Below are positions 27,650 to 35,169 of a stretch of 64,000 nucleotides of DNA, one piece after another. The stretch is from Thermoplasmata archaeon (GTDB lineage: Archaea > Thermoplasmatota > Thermoplasmata > Lutacidiplasmatales > UBA184), in the NCBI GenBank assembly GCA_035656275.1, contig DASRSW010000001.1:3490-67489 (forward strand), read 5' to 3'. Position numbers and translations under genes: made by a program. The notes under the pieces were generated by a model. The model made no database searches, was not told the DNA's origin, and saw only the letters and a list, made by a program, of their open reading frames with translations. Each line of letters opens with the position of its first letter. Position 1 is the first letter of the stretch.

Positions 27650-28578
27650 GCCGGCGCCTCGGCCTTCAGGACGCCGTCATCCATCTGGCCCACCATCTGG
27701 ACGAAGACGTCCTCCAGCGTATCCGTCTCCATCGCGAAGTGGGTCCAGGGCAGCCCGCTCTCCTGGATGGCGGCGAGGACGCGCAGCGCGTCGTCCTTGC
27801 TCGCGAGGGGCACCTCGACGCGGCCGTCGTGGGCCCGGGCGGCGACCTGGAGCTTCCCCGTGAGGTAGGTCGCGAGGGCCGGCGGCGCGGTGACCATGAG
27901 GCGGTCCGGCTTTCCGTGCGCCGCGATGATGTCGGCGGGGCGGCCGTGGGCGATGATGCGGCCGTGGTGGATGATGGCGACCTGGTCCGCGAGGAGCTCG
28001 GCCTCCTCCAGGTAATGGGTCGTGAGGAAGACGGTGCGCCCTTCCCGCTGGAGCGCCCGGATGACCTCCCAGATCCCCCGACGGGCCTGCGGGTCGAGGC
28101 CCGTGGTCGGCTCGTCGAGAAAGCAGACCTTGGGGTTGTTCACGAGCGAAAGGGCGAGGCCCAGCTTCTGCTTCTGGCCCCCCGAGAGCGTGTCGAAGTG
28201 CGCCGTCGCCTTGTCGAGGAGGTCGACCCGACGGAGGAGCGTCGCGGGGTCGGCCTCGACACCGAAGAGGCGCGCGTAGTAGGTGATCGCCTCGCGCGGC
28301 TGGATCTTCTCGAAGAACCGGAACTCCTGGGGGATGACCCCGATCTGGTGATGGATCTCCGTGCCGTGGGTCCAAGGGTCGAGTCCCAGCACGCGCACCT
28401 CGCCCGCGGTGAGGCGCCGCAGACCCTCGAGGATCTCGACGGTCGTGGTCTTCCCGGCGCCGTTCGGCCCGAGGAAGGCGAAGACCGTCCCCTCGGGGAC
28501 GGTGAAGTCGATGCCGTCGACCGCGGCCAGGGTCCCGTAGCGCTTGACGAGCCCACGGACCTCGATCGCGGCGGTCAC
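27646..28578 (-). CDS. ABC transporter ATP-binding protein
   Basis: 310 aa from GTG 28578 (MTAAIEVRGLVKRYG...). Walker A is GPNGAGKTT, the signature is LSGGQKQK, and Walker B is VCFLDEPTTGLD. The upstream part of track ORF 27646..29139 overlaps the preceding gene. Confidence 0.9.
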   Translation of the reverse strand: MTAAIEVRGLVKRYGTLAAVDGIDFTVPEGTVFAFLGPNGAGKTTTVEILEGLRRLTAGEVRVLGLDPWTHGTEIHHQIGVIPQEFRFFEKIQPREAITYYARLFGVEADPATLLRRVDLLDKATAHFDTLSGGQKQKLGLALSLVNNPKVCFLDEPTTGLDPQARRGIWEVIRALQREGRTVFLTTHYLEEAELLADQVAIIHHGRIIAHGRPADIIAAHGKPDRLMVTAPPALATYLTGKLQVAARAHDGRVEVPLASKDDALRVLAAIQESGLPWTHFAMETDTLEDVFVQMVGQMDDGVLKAEAPA

Positions 28579-28601
28579 GGTCCCCGTCGAGCCGGCGGGG
28601 C

Positions 28602-30824
28602 TTAAGACGGCTTTGCGGTCGACACCGCTACCGAGGCCGGGACCCCCGGTTCGAGGACCGTCGTAGTGCCCGCGAACTCCAGGCGCAGCGGCGCCGGCCC
28701 CCGCCACACGGCGACGAGGCGACCGCCCCCCAGCTCCAGGTCGAGTCCCCCCGCTCCGAGGCGAAGGTTCCTTAGACGCGCCGGGGGGCCGTCGGCCGGG
28801 AGCAGGGGGGCGAGCGCGATGGTCCCTTCGCGGAGCCGCGGGCGGATCCCCCAGAGCCGCTCGAAGATCACCGAGAGGAACGGCGCCACGGAGAATCCGA
28901 GGAGGAAGCAGGAATCGAACGGCTCGGGCCGATCCCCGCGGTAGCATTCGTTCGCCAGTCCCCCTTCCAGGATCATTCGGCGGGCGAGCCGCCTCAGGTA
29001 CTCGAGGCCAAGGTCGTAGAGGCCGACGGCGAGCGCCGCATCCGCGGCCCAGGCGGTGGCGATCGGCCAGACCTGTCCGTCGTGGTAGGCCGCCGGGTCG
29101 AATCCCGGGTCCTTCGCTGAGAGCGTCCGTAGACCCCAATCGGTCGAGAGGTCCGGCTGGCTCGCGCGCAGGACGACGCGGCGGGCCACCTCGGGAGCGA
29201 GCAGTCCCGCGCTCGCCATCCGAAGCGCGTTCGGGCGGATCCGGGCCACGGGCTGTCCCGATCGGGTCCGGGAATCGTAGAGATAGCCCTCCTCGGGCCA
29301 GTCATAAAGGGCAGGGAGGGCCCTGCGGAGCGCGGCCGCGCGATCCGGGAATCCGGGATCCACCGCGTCCCGGCTCCACAGCGGAGCAAGGGCGCCGAGC
29401 GCCTCGAGCATCTGGACGTAGAGCACTTGCACGTCGATCGCGTGGTCCCGACGATCGGTCGAGTCCCAGATCGTCGTATCGACAGCATCGAACCCGAAGT
29501 GGACGGCGCCGGCTTCGTCGCTCGCCGAGCGGATCTCGGCCACCTCCCCGCCGTTGATGAGGAGCCCGCTCGCCGGGTCGGTCTTGCTCCGCGCCCAGGC
29601 GCCGATGCGCTCGAGCCCGGGCCTGAACTCCGGGAGGAATTGCGTTTCCCCGGAGTGCTCCACCAGGCGCCGGAGGAGATCGGGGTAGTAGAGGGTGGTA
29701 TCCGACGTCCCGTAGAGGAAGATCGGCCCGGCGGTCAGCTGCATCGGGAGCTCGCCGGCGGTCGCGCCCAGGATCGGCAGCGCCTTGCGGGCCTGATAGC
29801 GGAAGATCGTCCGGAGGGAGGCGAGGGCCCGGTCAAAGTCTCCCAGCCAGATCACCGCGGGGAGCGACCAGGCGAGGTCCCGCCCCCAGAACGAGGTATA
29901 CCACGGGTACCCCGCTACCAGCGCCTCCAGGCCGGGTTCGGCCGACTTGTAGAGCTGGCGGAGCGCGGCTCGCGCGAGGCGATAGCCCGACTCGATCTCC
30001 GGTTCTCCGGGAAGCTCGAGGGTCGGCGTCGTGCCGACCCAGGCCTCATACCTCTCCCGGGACCGCTTCGACCACTGGGGGGCGAGGGCGAGCGCCGGCA
30101 GGGCGGCGGCGGTCGCGCTGGGAAGCTCCCGCTCGAGGCCGCCGGCCATCAGCCACGAGACCGTCACGGCCTCACCGGGAGCCAGCGTGAAGTCGTAATC
30201 CAGCCACACCTCCGACACCTCGCGTCGCACCCGGCCGCCGATCCAGGAGGCGCGGTCAAGGCTCAGGTGGTGCGGCAGAGGGTCCGACGTGAGCGTGAGC
30301 CCGAGTCCGTGGGAGCTCACGAAGAGGTCGGGGCCGCGCGTCGCCACCTCGTAGTCGTAGGGCTTCACACCTTCGATGAGCACGGGGGCGAGGAACGGCT
30401 CGAACCCGGCCTCGAGCCGGAAGGAGAGGGGCGCGTCCGCCCGCGAGGTGATCTCGAGCCGGCGACCGATGGCCGAGACCCCGGCCGCCTCTTCCACGGG
30501 GACGAGCGTCTGCCGGAGGGTCAGCGCCGGAAACTCGTGGAGAGTTTCTGCCCCATGCGGCGTGACGGTGACGGAACGCGTCCCCGAGGCGAGGGGGGAC
30601 TCGCCCCAGAGTCCCATGAGCCGCAGCCACCAGGGTCCCGTCAGGCGGATCCCTTCGGCGTAGACGCCTCCCCATTCTACCATCCCCCCGCGGGTCTCCC
30701 GCATCAGTGCGAGCTCCCCCTGGCCGTTTCCCACTGCGGTGGCTCGGAGCCCCGTCACGAGCAGGGGCTGCAGGGGGTCGAACGCGGGCGCCGGAGTGAG
30801 CGGGGCGGTCGGGGTCGCGCTCAT
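28602..30824 (-). CDS. Glycogen-debranching-enzyme-like protein (amylo-alpha-1,6-glucosidase / GDE_C family)
   Basis: 740 aa from ATG 30824. VAGYPWYTSFWGRDLAWSLPAVIWLG and HDGQVWPIATAWAADAAL fit the (alpha/alpha)6 GDE_C family, which follows an N-terminal beta-domain. Confidence 0.75.
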   Translation of the reverse strand: MSATPTAPLTPAPAFDPLQPLLVTGLRATAVGNGQGELALMRETRGGMVEWGGVYAEGIRLTGPWWLRLMGLWGESPLASGTRSVTVTPHGAETLHEFPALTLRQTLVPVEEAAGVSAIGRRLEITSRADAPLSFRLEAGFEPFLAPVLIEGVKPYDYEVATRGPDLFVSSHGLGLTLTSDPLPHHLSLDRASWIGGRVRREVSEVWLDYDFTLAPGEAVTVSWLMAGGLERELPSATAAALPALALAPQWSKRSRERYEAWVGTTPTLELPGEPEIESGYRLARAALRQLYKSAEPGLEALVAGYPWYTSFWGRDLAWSLPAVIWLGDFDRALASLRTIFRYQARKALPILGATAGELPMQLTAGPIFLYGTSDTTLYYPDLLRRLVEHSGETQFLPEFRPGLERIGAWARSKTDPASGLLINGGEVAEIRSASDEAGAVHFGFDAVDTTIWDSTDRRDHAIDVQVLYVQMLEALGALAPLWSRDAVDPGFPDRAAALRRALPALYDWPEEGYLYDSRTRSGQPVARIRPNALRMASAGLLAPEVARRVVLRASQPDLSTDWGLRTLSAKDPGFDPAAYHDGQVWPIATAWAADAALAVGLYDLGLEYLRRLARRMILEGGLANECYRGDRPEPFDSCFLLGFSVAPFLSVIFERLWGIRPRLREGTIALAPLLPADGPPARLRNLRLGAGGLDLELGGGRLVAVWRGPAPLRLEFAGTTTVLEPGVPASVAVSTAKPS

Positions 30825-31300
30825 GGAGTCGTCTGAACGGTCATCCGGTCGGAAAGCTCGAACCAGACGCATGGGGGAATCGCAAGGCTGTGAAGGTCGA
30901 GCCGGATTCGGTGCGTTCCGGTGGGATTCGTGTCCGACTCGAACGTGAACCGGGTGCGGGTTCCCACGGGGAGGGTCACCGGTGAGCTCTGGGAGATCCC
31001 GGCGAGGGGGCGCGGCGCCGCGCGAGGACCCGGTTCCACCGTGGCGCGGTCCGGCGGGACCGGGACTCCGTCGAAGGTGAGGACAATCTGGTGGAAGGCG
31101 CCCATGCGCAGCGGGGGGTTCAGGAGGACGAAGGAAACGCGGTTCCCCTTACGTGTGAGCGACCCCTTTTCGTAGACGGAATGCTCGAGCAGTTCAGCGA
31201 CGCGGACCATCTCCTCCAGCGGCTGGAGGCCGAACTCCAGGAACAGGTGGAGCCCCTGGCGGACCACACCTAGGTCCATTCGAAAGTGACCCGACCCCAT
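30821..31300 (-). CDS. Hypothetical protein translationally coupled to the debranching-enzyme-like gene
   Basis: 159 aa. Its stop overlaps the next ATG (ATGA at 30821..30824). Third-position GC is strong. The beta-rich segment VLTFDGVPVPPDRATV...TRFTFESD...GTHRIRLDLH is weakly reminiscent of small beta-sandwich accessory subunits. No firm family. Confidence 0.45.
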   Translation of the reverse strand: MGSGHFRMDLGVVRQGLHLFLEFGLQPLEEMVRVAELLEHSVYEKGSLTRKGNRVSFVLLNPPLRMGAFHQIVLTFDGVPVPPDRATVEPGPRAAPRPLAGISQSSPVTLPVGTRTRFTFESDTNPTGTHRIRLDLHSLAIPPCVWFELSDRMTVQTTP

Positions 31301-31511
31301 CCCTCGCCGGGAAGGGGGAATCCCGACTTAGCCGTTCGGGGCACCGCGCGGGAGCGGGGGAGGACGCCGTGGCGGGGGTCCACGTGGGGGAACCGGACGC
31401 GCATCGGCCGCGGCCCGAAAGCCGCCTAGTGCACCCGCTGCGCCCGGCTGGCGGTCGTGGTCGACACCGCGCCCGTCCCCGCCTGGCATGACAGGACTCC
31501 CCACGGCGGCG

Positions 31512-31519
31512 GTATACTT
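31512..31519 (-). promoter_or_regulatory. TATA-like box inside an A/T-rich island
   Basis: The minus strand reads AAGTATAC within the A/T-rich stretch 31511..31555. The next annotated start (31300) is ~190 nt further downstream. Confidence 0.3.
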
Positions 31520-31550
31520 AGTCAGTTTCAGGTTAAGAAGGTTAAATTAG

Positions 31551-32369
31551 TTAAGAGGGCGCTCGGCGAAAGAGCGTGAGGGCGAGACGGCCCTGCGGGG
31601 TCAGAGTGACGCGTCCACGGCCCCGCGTGGGGTCGTCGGCGACGAACCCCCACTTGACCTCGAGGGGCTCCAGCCGGTGGCGAAGGCGACTGTGCTGTGC
31701 CTGGAGGGACGGGGGTCGACCGTGCCCCTCCTCCGTTCGGACCGCGTCGAGGCCCAGCTCGCGAATGAGCTCGCGTTTCCGCAGCGAGCCGCCGCGTCGC
31801 TCCAGGGCCTCGAGCACCTCTACCAGGTCGGGGCCCGGGGCCCGCAGCTCATACACGGAGACCGGGTCGACGCTGCGGACCACGTCGTTCACCGCCCGCA
31901 CCCGCGGGGTGAGTCCCGAATACCAGGATTGAGTGACCTGGACGTAGTAGGGCTCTCCGTGCCAGAGCATGCAGGAGAGGGTTCCCGCGATCGCGCTGAT
32001 CTTGGTCCCGGTGGAGACGTTCACCCGGAGTGGGACGACGTCGCGGGCGTGCCGGTCGAGCCGGTGTTCCCGCTCAAAGATGGCTCGAAGCGTTCCGAGC
32101 GTCGCGAAGACATCCCAAATCGCGGTCTTTGCGATGCGGACCTCGATGCCCCGGGGCCTCCGCAGCCGGCGGAGGACCTCCTCCACGAACGGCGCGGCCG
32201 CGTCGTCCCCGGATCGGGTCAGGAGGTAGACGCGGTCCGCCCGGTCCGCGAGGATCGGTTCCGTCACGCGTTCCACCTCGAACCCGACGGCGGCGACGTG
32301 GATCCGCGCGTGGGGGTCCCCCTCGCCGAACGGCGCTCGAAGCCGGGACGACCGGGGGCGGGAGGGCAT
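31551..32369 (-). CDS. HFX_2341/DUF6293-like regulator: Rossmann (CARF/Csa3-like) N-domain + C-terminal wHTH
   Basis: 272 aa. It has RIHVAAVGFEVERVTEPILADRADRVYLL and LRVNVSTGTKISAIAGTL (fits the [DN]x[ST]xxx[RK] CARF-type motif). The C-terminus is LVEVLEALERRGGSLRKRELIREL...VTLTPQGRLAL. Confidence 0.6.
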   Translation of the reverse strand: MPSRPRSSRLRAPFGEGDPHARIHVAAVGFEVERVTEPILADRADRVYLLTRSGDDAAAPFVEEVLRRLRRPRGIEVRIAKTAIWDVFATLGTLRAIFEREHRLDRHARDVVPLRVNVSTGTKISAIAGTLSCMLWHGEPYYVQVTQSWYSGLTPRVRAVNDVVRSVDPVSVYELRAPGPDLVEVLEALERRGGSLRKRELIRELGLDAVRTEEGHGRPPSLQAQHSRLRHRLEPLEVKWGFVADDPTRGRGRVTLTPQGRLALTLFRRAPS

Positions 32370-32516
32370 CGGCGGCCCCTAGCGAAGGCGACCCATCAAT
32401 GCTTGGGGCGCCCGAGCGGCCGTTGTGGTGAGCGCGGGCCGATTGCGTCCGCCGCAACCGGCGGGGGTGTCTAAGACTTGATAGCCTGCGGGAGGTGAGG
32501 CGACCGATTCCCCTCG

Positions 32517-33449
32517 ATGCCGCGCGACCTCCCGACGGCGCTCCACGCGCGCCCGCTCTTCTTCGAGCCCGTGCCGCCGAGCGCCCGCACATCGCCGGGC
32601 CGGGCGGAGACGCACTTGAAGGAGGTGGCGACGCTCGTGAATGGCCTCCCGCGCATCGACGCCCTCGATGTGCCCGAGCTCGTGGACGAGAACCACGATG
32701 GTCGGCCGTACTACCGGTCCGGGGACACCCGGGTCTTTGCTCGGCGCGCCGCCGAGCTCACCGGCCGCGAGACGGTCGTGAACAAGGTCGTCGCTCACCT
32801 TCGGGACGTTCCCGCCCTCGAAGCCTGGGCGCGGGAGTCGGTGGAGCGGGGACTTCACCATTTTGTTCTCGTCGGGGGAACGAGCCGGTACATCCCGTAC
32901 CCCGGACCCTCCGTGGCGGAGGCCGACCGGGTGGTCCGCCCCGTCGCGGCCCGCGCCCACGGGCTCGTGGGGAACATCGCCATCCCGCAGCGGACGGGGG
33001 AGGCGCACCGGATGCTCCAGAAGAGCCGGGCGGGGGCATCGTTCTTCACCACCCAGATCCTCTTCGATAGCGAGAGCGCGCTGCGGATGCTCCGCGAATA
33101 CGACCTCCTGTGCCGGCAAGCCGGCGTGAGCCCGGCGACCGTGCTCCTATCGGTGGCGCCGATCGCCGACGAGGGGGACGCGGAGTTTGTCCGCTGGCTC
33201 GGCGCCGACATCCCCGAGGGGGCCGAGCGCGCGATCCTGAACGGCGAGGAGGCCGACTCCGGGCCCCGTTCCATCACCCGCGCGCTGGCCGTATGGCGGG
33301 AAGTGGTGAAGGGGGTCCACCGGGACGAGATCGCGGTGCCGCTCGGCGTGAACGTCGAACAGATCTCGCTCCGCCACCTCAGCATCGCGGGCGAGATGGC
33401 GCGGGCGTTCGCGGATTTGATCGACGCCGAGGCAAGCCCCCGGGCCTAG
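32517..33449 (+). CDS. Divergent methylenetetrahydrofolate reductase-like (MetF family) protein
   Basis: 310 aa. LFFEPVPPS near the N-terminus, ...HFVLVGG..., and SFFTTQILFDSE resemble the MTHFR TIM-barrel family. The match is divergent, so the assignment is tentative. Confidence 0.5.
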   Translation: MPRDLPTALHARPLFFEPVPPSARTSPGRAETHLKEVATLVNGLPRIDALDVPELVDENHDGRPYYRSGDTRVFARRAAELTGRETVVNKVVAHLRDVPALEAWARESVERGLHHFVLVGGTSRYIPYPGPSVAEADRVVRPVAARAHGLVGNIAIPQRTGEAHRMLQKSRAGASFFTTQILFDSESALRMLREYDLLCRQAGVSPATVLLSVAPIADEGDAEFVRWLGADIPEGAERAILNGEEADSGPRSITRALAVWREVVKGVHRDEIAVPLGVNVEQISLRHLSIAGEMARAFADLIDAEASPRA

Positions 33450-34249
33450 CGGGGCCGCCGGGCCGATCCGACCACCGCGGCGGTGGGGACCTCCAGGTGG
33501 CCGTCCACGCGGTACTCCTCCAGTCGATGGCGGAGCCGACGGTGGAGCCGCGCCCGGTCGGACTCGCCGAGCGCCCGGAGGGCTGCGCGGGTCCGGGCCG
33601 AACCCTCCTCGAACATCCGTAGGAAGACCTCCGGGGAGTCGAGGACGACCGTCCAGCGGACCGTGCGCGCCGTAAACGGGATCAATCCGGCCCCCGACAA
33701 GGCGCGCTCGAATTCAAGGGGGTCCGCGAACCGGAAGAACGGCGGTCCCTCCGGCAGCGAGGGCCGCAGGCCGAGCTCCGTCAACGACCGCGGGATGAGC
33801 TGCATCGCCTCCGCATCCTGCGCCCACACCGACCAGGCGCCCCGCCCCTCCGGGACGAGCACCCGTGCGGCCTCGCGGAGGGCGGCGTCCGGATCGGGAA
33901 GGTGCAGGAGGCCGAAGTTGCAGACGACCCGGTCCATCGTGCCCGCCCGCAGCGGCAGGCGGTCCGCGCTCGCGGTGACGCGGGGGGCGTCCGGGTTGTG
34001 TATTCCCGCCCGCGCGAGCATCGGCGTTGAGAAGTCGAGGAGCGTCGTTCGAGCGCCTCGGCCGCGGGCCGCGACGCTGACCCGGCCGGGACCGCACGCC
34101 ACTTCGAGGACACGGTGCCCTTCCCCCACTTCCGCCAACGAGAGGAGAGGCTCGACCGCCCCCTCGACCATCGGTCGGAACAACTCCTCGTACGCCGCGG
34201 CGACCGCGGGGTCGGTCCAGGCCGCGCGCTCCAGTCGAGCGAACGCCAC
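33446..34249 (-). CDS. Class I SAM-dependent methyltransferase
   Basis: 267 aa from GTG 34249. Motif I is VLEVACGPGRV, followed by LLDFS and VVCNFGLLHLPDP. The stop overlaps the stop of the convergent gene in a CTAG palindrome (33446..33449). Confidence 0.75.
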   Translation of the reverse strand: MAFARLERAAWTDPAVAAAYEELFRPMVEGAVEPLLSLAEVGEGHRVLEVACGPGRVSVAARGRGARTTLLDFSTPMLARAGIHNPDAPRVTASADRLPLRAGTMDRVVCNFGLLHLPDPDAALREAARVLVPEGRGAWSVWAQDAEAMQLIPRSLTELGLRPSLPEGPPFFRFADPLEFERALSGAGLIPFTARTVRWTVVLDSPEVFLRMFEEGSARTRAALRALGESDRARLHRRLRHRLEEYRVDGHLEVPTAAVVGSARRPR

Positions 34250-34392
34250 GGGCGGGGGACTCCGGCCCCCCCTTAAGGGTTGGGCCGGGGCGACCGGGGG
34301 CCCGCACGGGCGGCCCGCTCCCGGAGAGCCCCGACCGCCAAATTTCCCCCCGTGGGGGGGACTCTTTAGAGGGGTCGCCGTCCCGCGGGACC

Positions 34393-35088
34393 ATGTGGGA
34401 GGACGCGCGCCCGCTCTCGGAGCGGCCAGAACGGTACGACTTCCACGCCCACTCGTTCCTGACCGACGGACAGCTGTCCCCCACCGACATGTGGCGGGAG
34501 GCCGACCGCAGGCTCCATCGAGCACTGGCGCTGACCGACCACGTCGCTCTCGAAGACCCCAAGCCGCTACTGGACCGACTGCACGCCGAGGCGCGCGCCT
34601 GGGAGGGGTCCCCGATGACCACCCTCGTGGGGGTCGAAGTGACGATGGTGCCCCCGCGGCGCATCGCCGACGTGGCGAAGACGGCGCGGCGCGCGGGCGC
34701 CGAGATCGTCATCGTACACGGGGAATCGGTCGTGGAGCCGGTCGCCCCCGGCACCAACCTCGCGGCCCTCGACGCCGCTGAGGTCGATCTCCTGGCCCAC
34801 CCGGGACGCCTCACCGAGAAGGAAGCCGAGCTCGCCCGGGCCAACGACAAGGTCCTCGAGCTCTCGGCGCGGCGGGGCCACGCCCTCACGAACGGCCTCG
34901 TGGCGCTGCGGGCCGTCGCCGCGGGAGCCGCCCTGGTGGTGGATTCGGATGCCCATCATGCGGACCAGCTGGTGGCCTTCGAGTTGGCCCGGGCGATCGC
35001 CGAGGGGGCCGGCGTCGCCGCCCCCCGCGTCCAGGACGTGCTGAGCGATGCGCCGAAGCGCCTCCTGGCCCGGTGCGGCAAGCGGTAG
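34393..35088 (+). CDS. PHP-domain phosphoesterase (histidinol-phosphatase-like)
   Basis: 231 aa. It has the YDFHAHSFLTDG (HxH) motif, ALTDHV, IVIVHGES, LLAHPG and VVDSDAHH, which are metal-ligand positions typical of the PHP fold. Confidence 0.7.
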   Translation: MWEDARPLSERPERYDFHAHSFLTDGQLSPTDMWREADRRLHRALALTDHVALEDPKPLLDRLHAEARAWEGSPMTTLVGVEVTMVPPRRIADVAKTARRAGAEIVIVHGESVVEPVAPGTNLAALDAAEVDLLAHPGRLTEKEAELARANDKVLELSARRGHALTNGLVALRAVAAGAALVVDSDAHHADQLVAFELARAIAEGAGVAAPRVQDVLSDAPKRLLARCGKR

Positions 35089-35132
35089 GCGCGCGCCCGA
35101 GGTGCATCCGCGAGTACAAAATAACACTCAAT

Positions 35133-35140
35133 CTTTAAGA
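35133..35140 (+). promoter_or_regulatory. TATA-like box for the Kelch/PKD gene 35170..37062
   Basis: CTTTAAGA is centred ~33 nt upstream of ATG 35170, within the A/T-rich patch 35115..35145. Confidence 0.4.
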
Positions 35141-35169
35141 AGCGAAACCCGGCGTACGCATCAATACGT

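Noticed and set aside
31328-31489. 53-aa minus-strand ORF at leaderless distance from the AAGTATAC box
   Set aside because: The product (MPGGDGRGVDHDRQPGAAGALGGF...PPPRRPPPLPRGAPNG) is low complexity. Third-position GC is only about 68 percent by hand count, well below real genes here. It is more likely part of a 5' leader.
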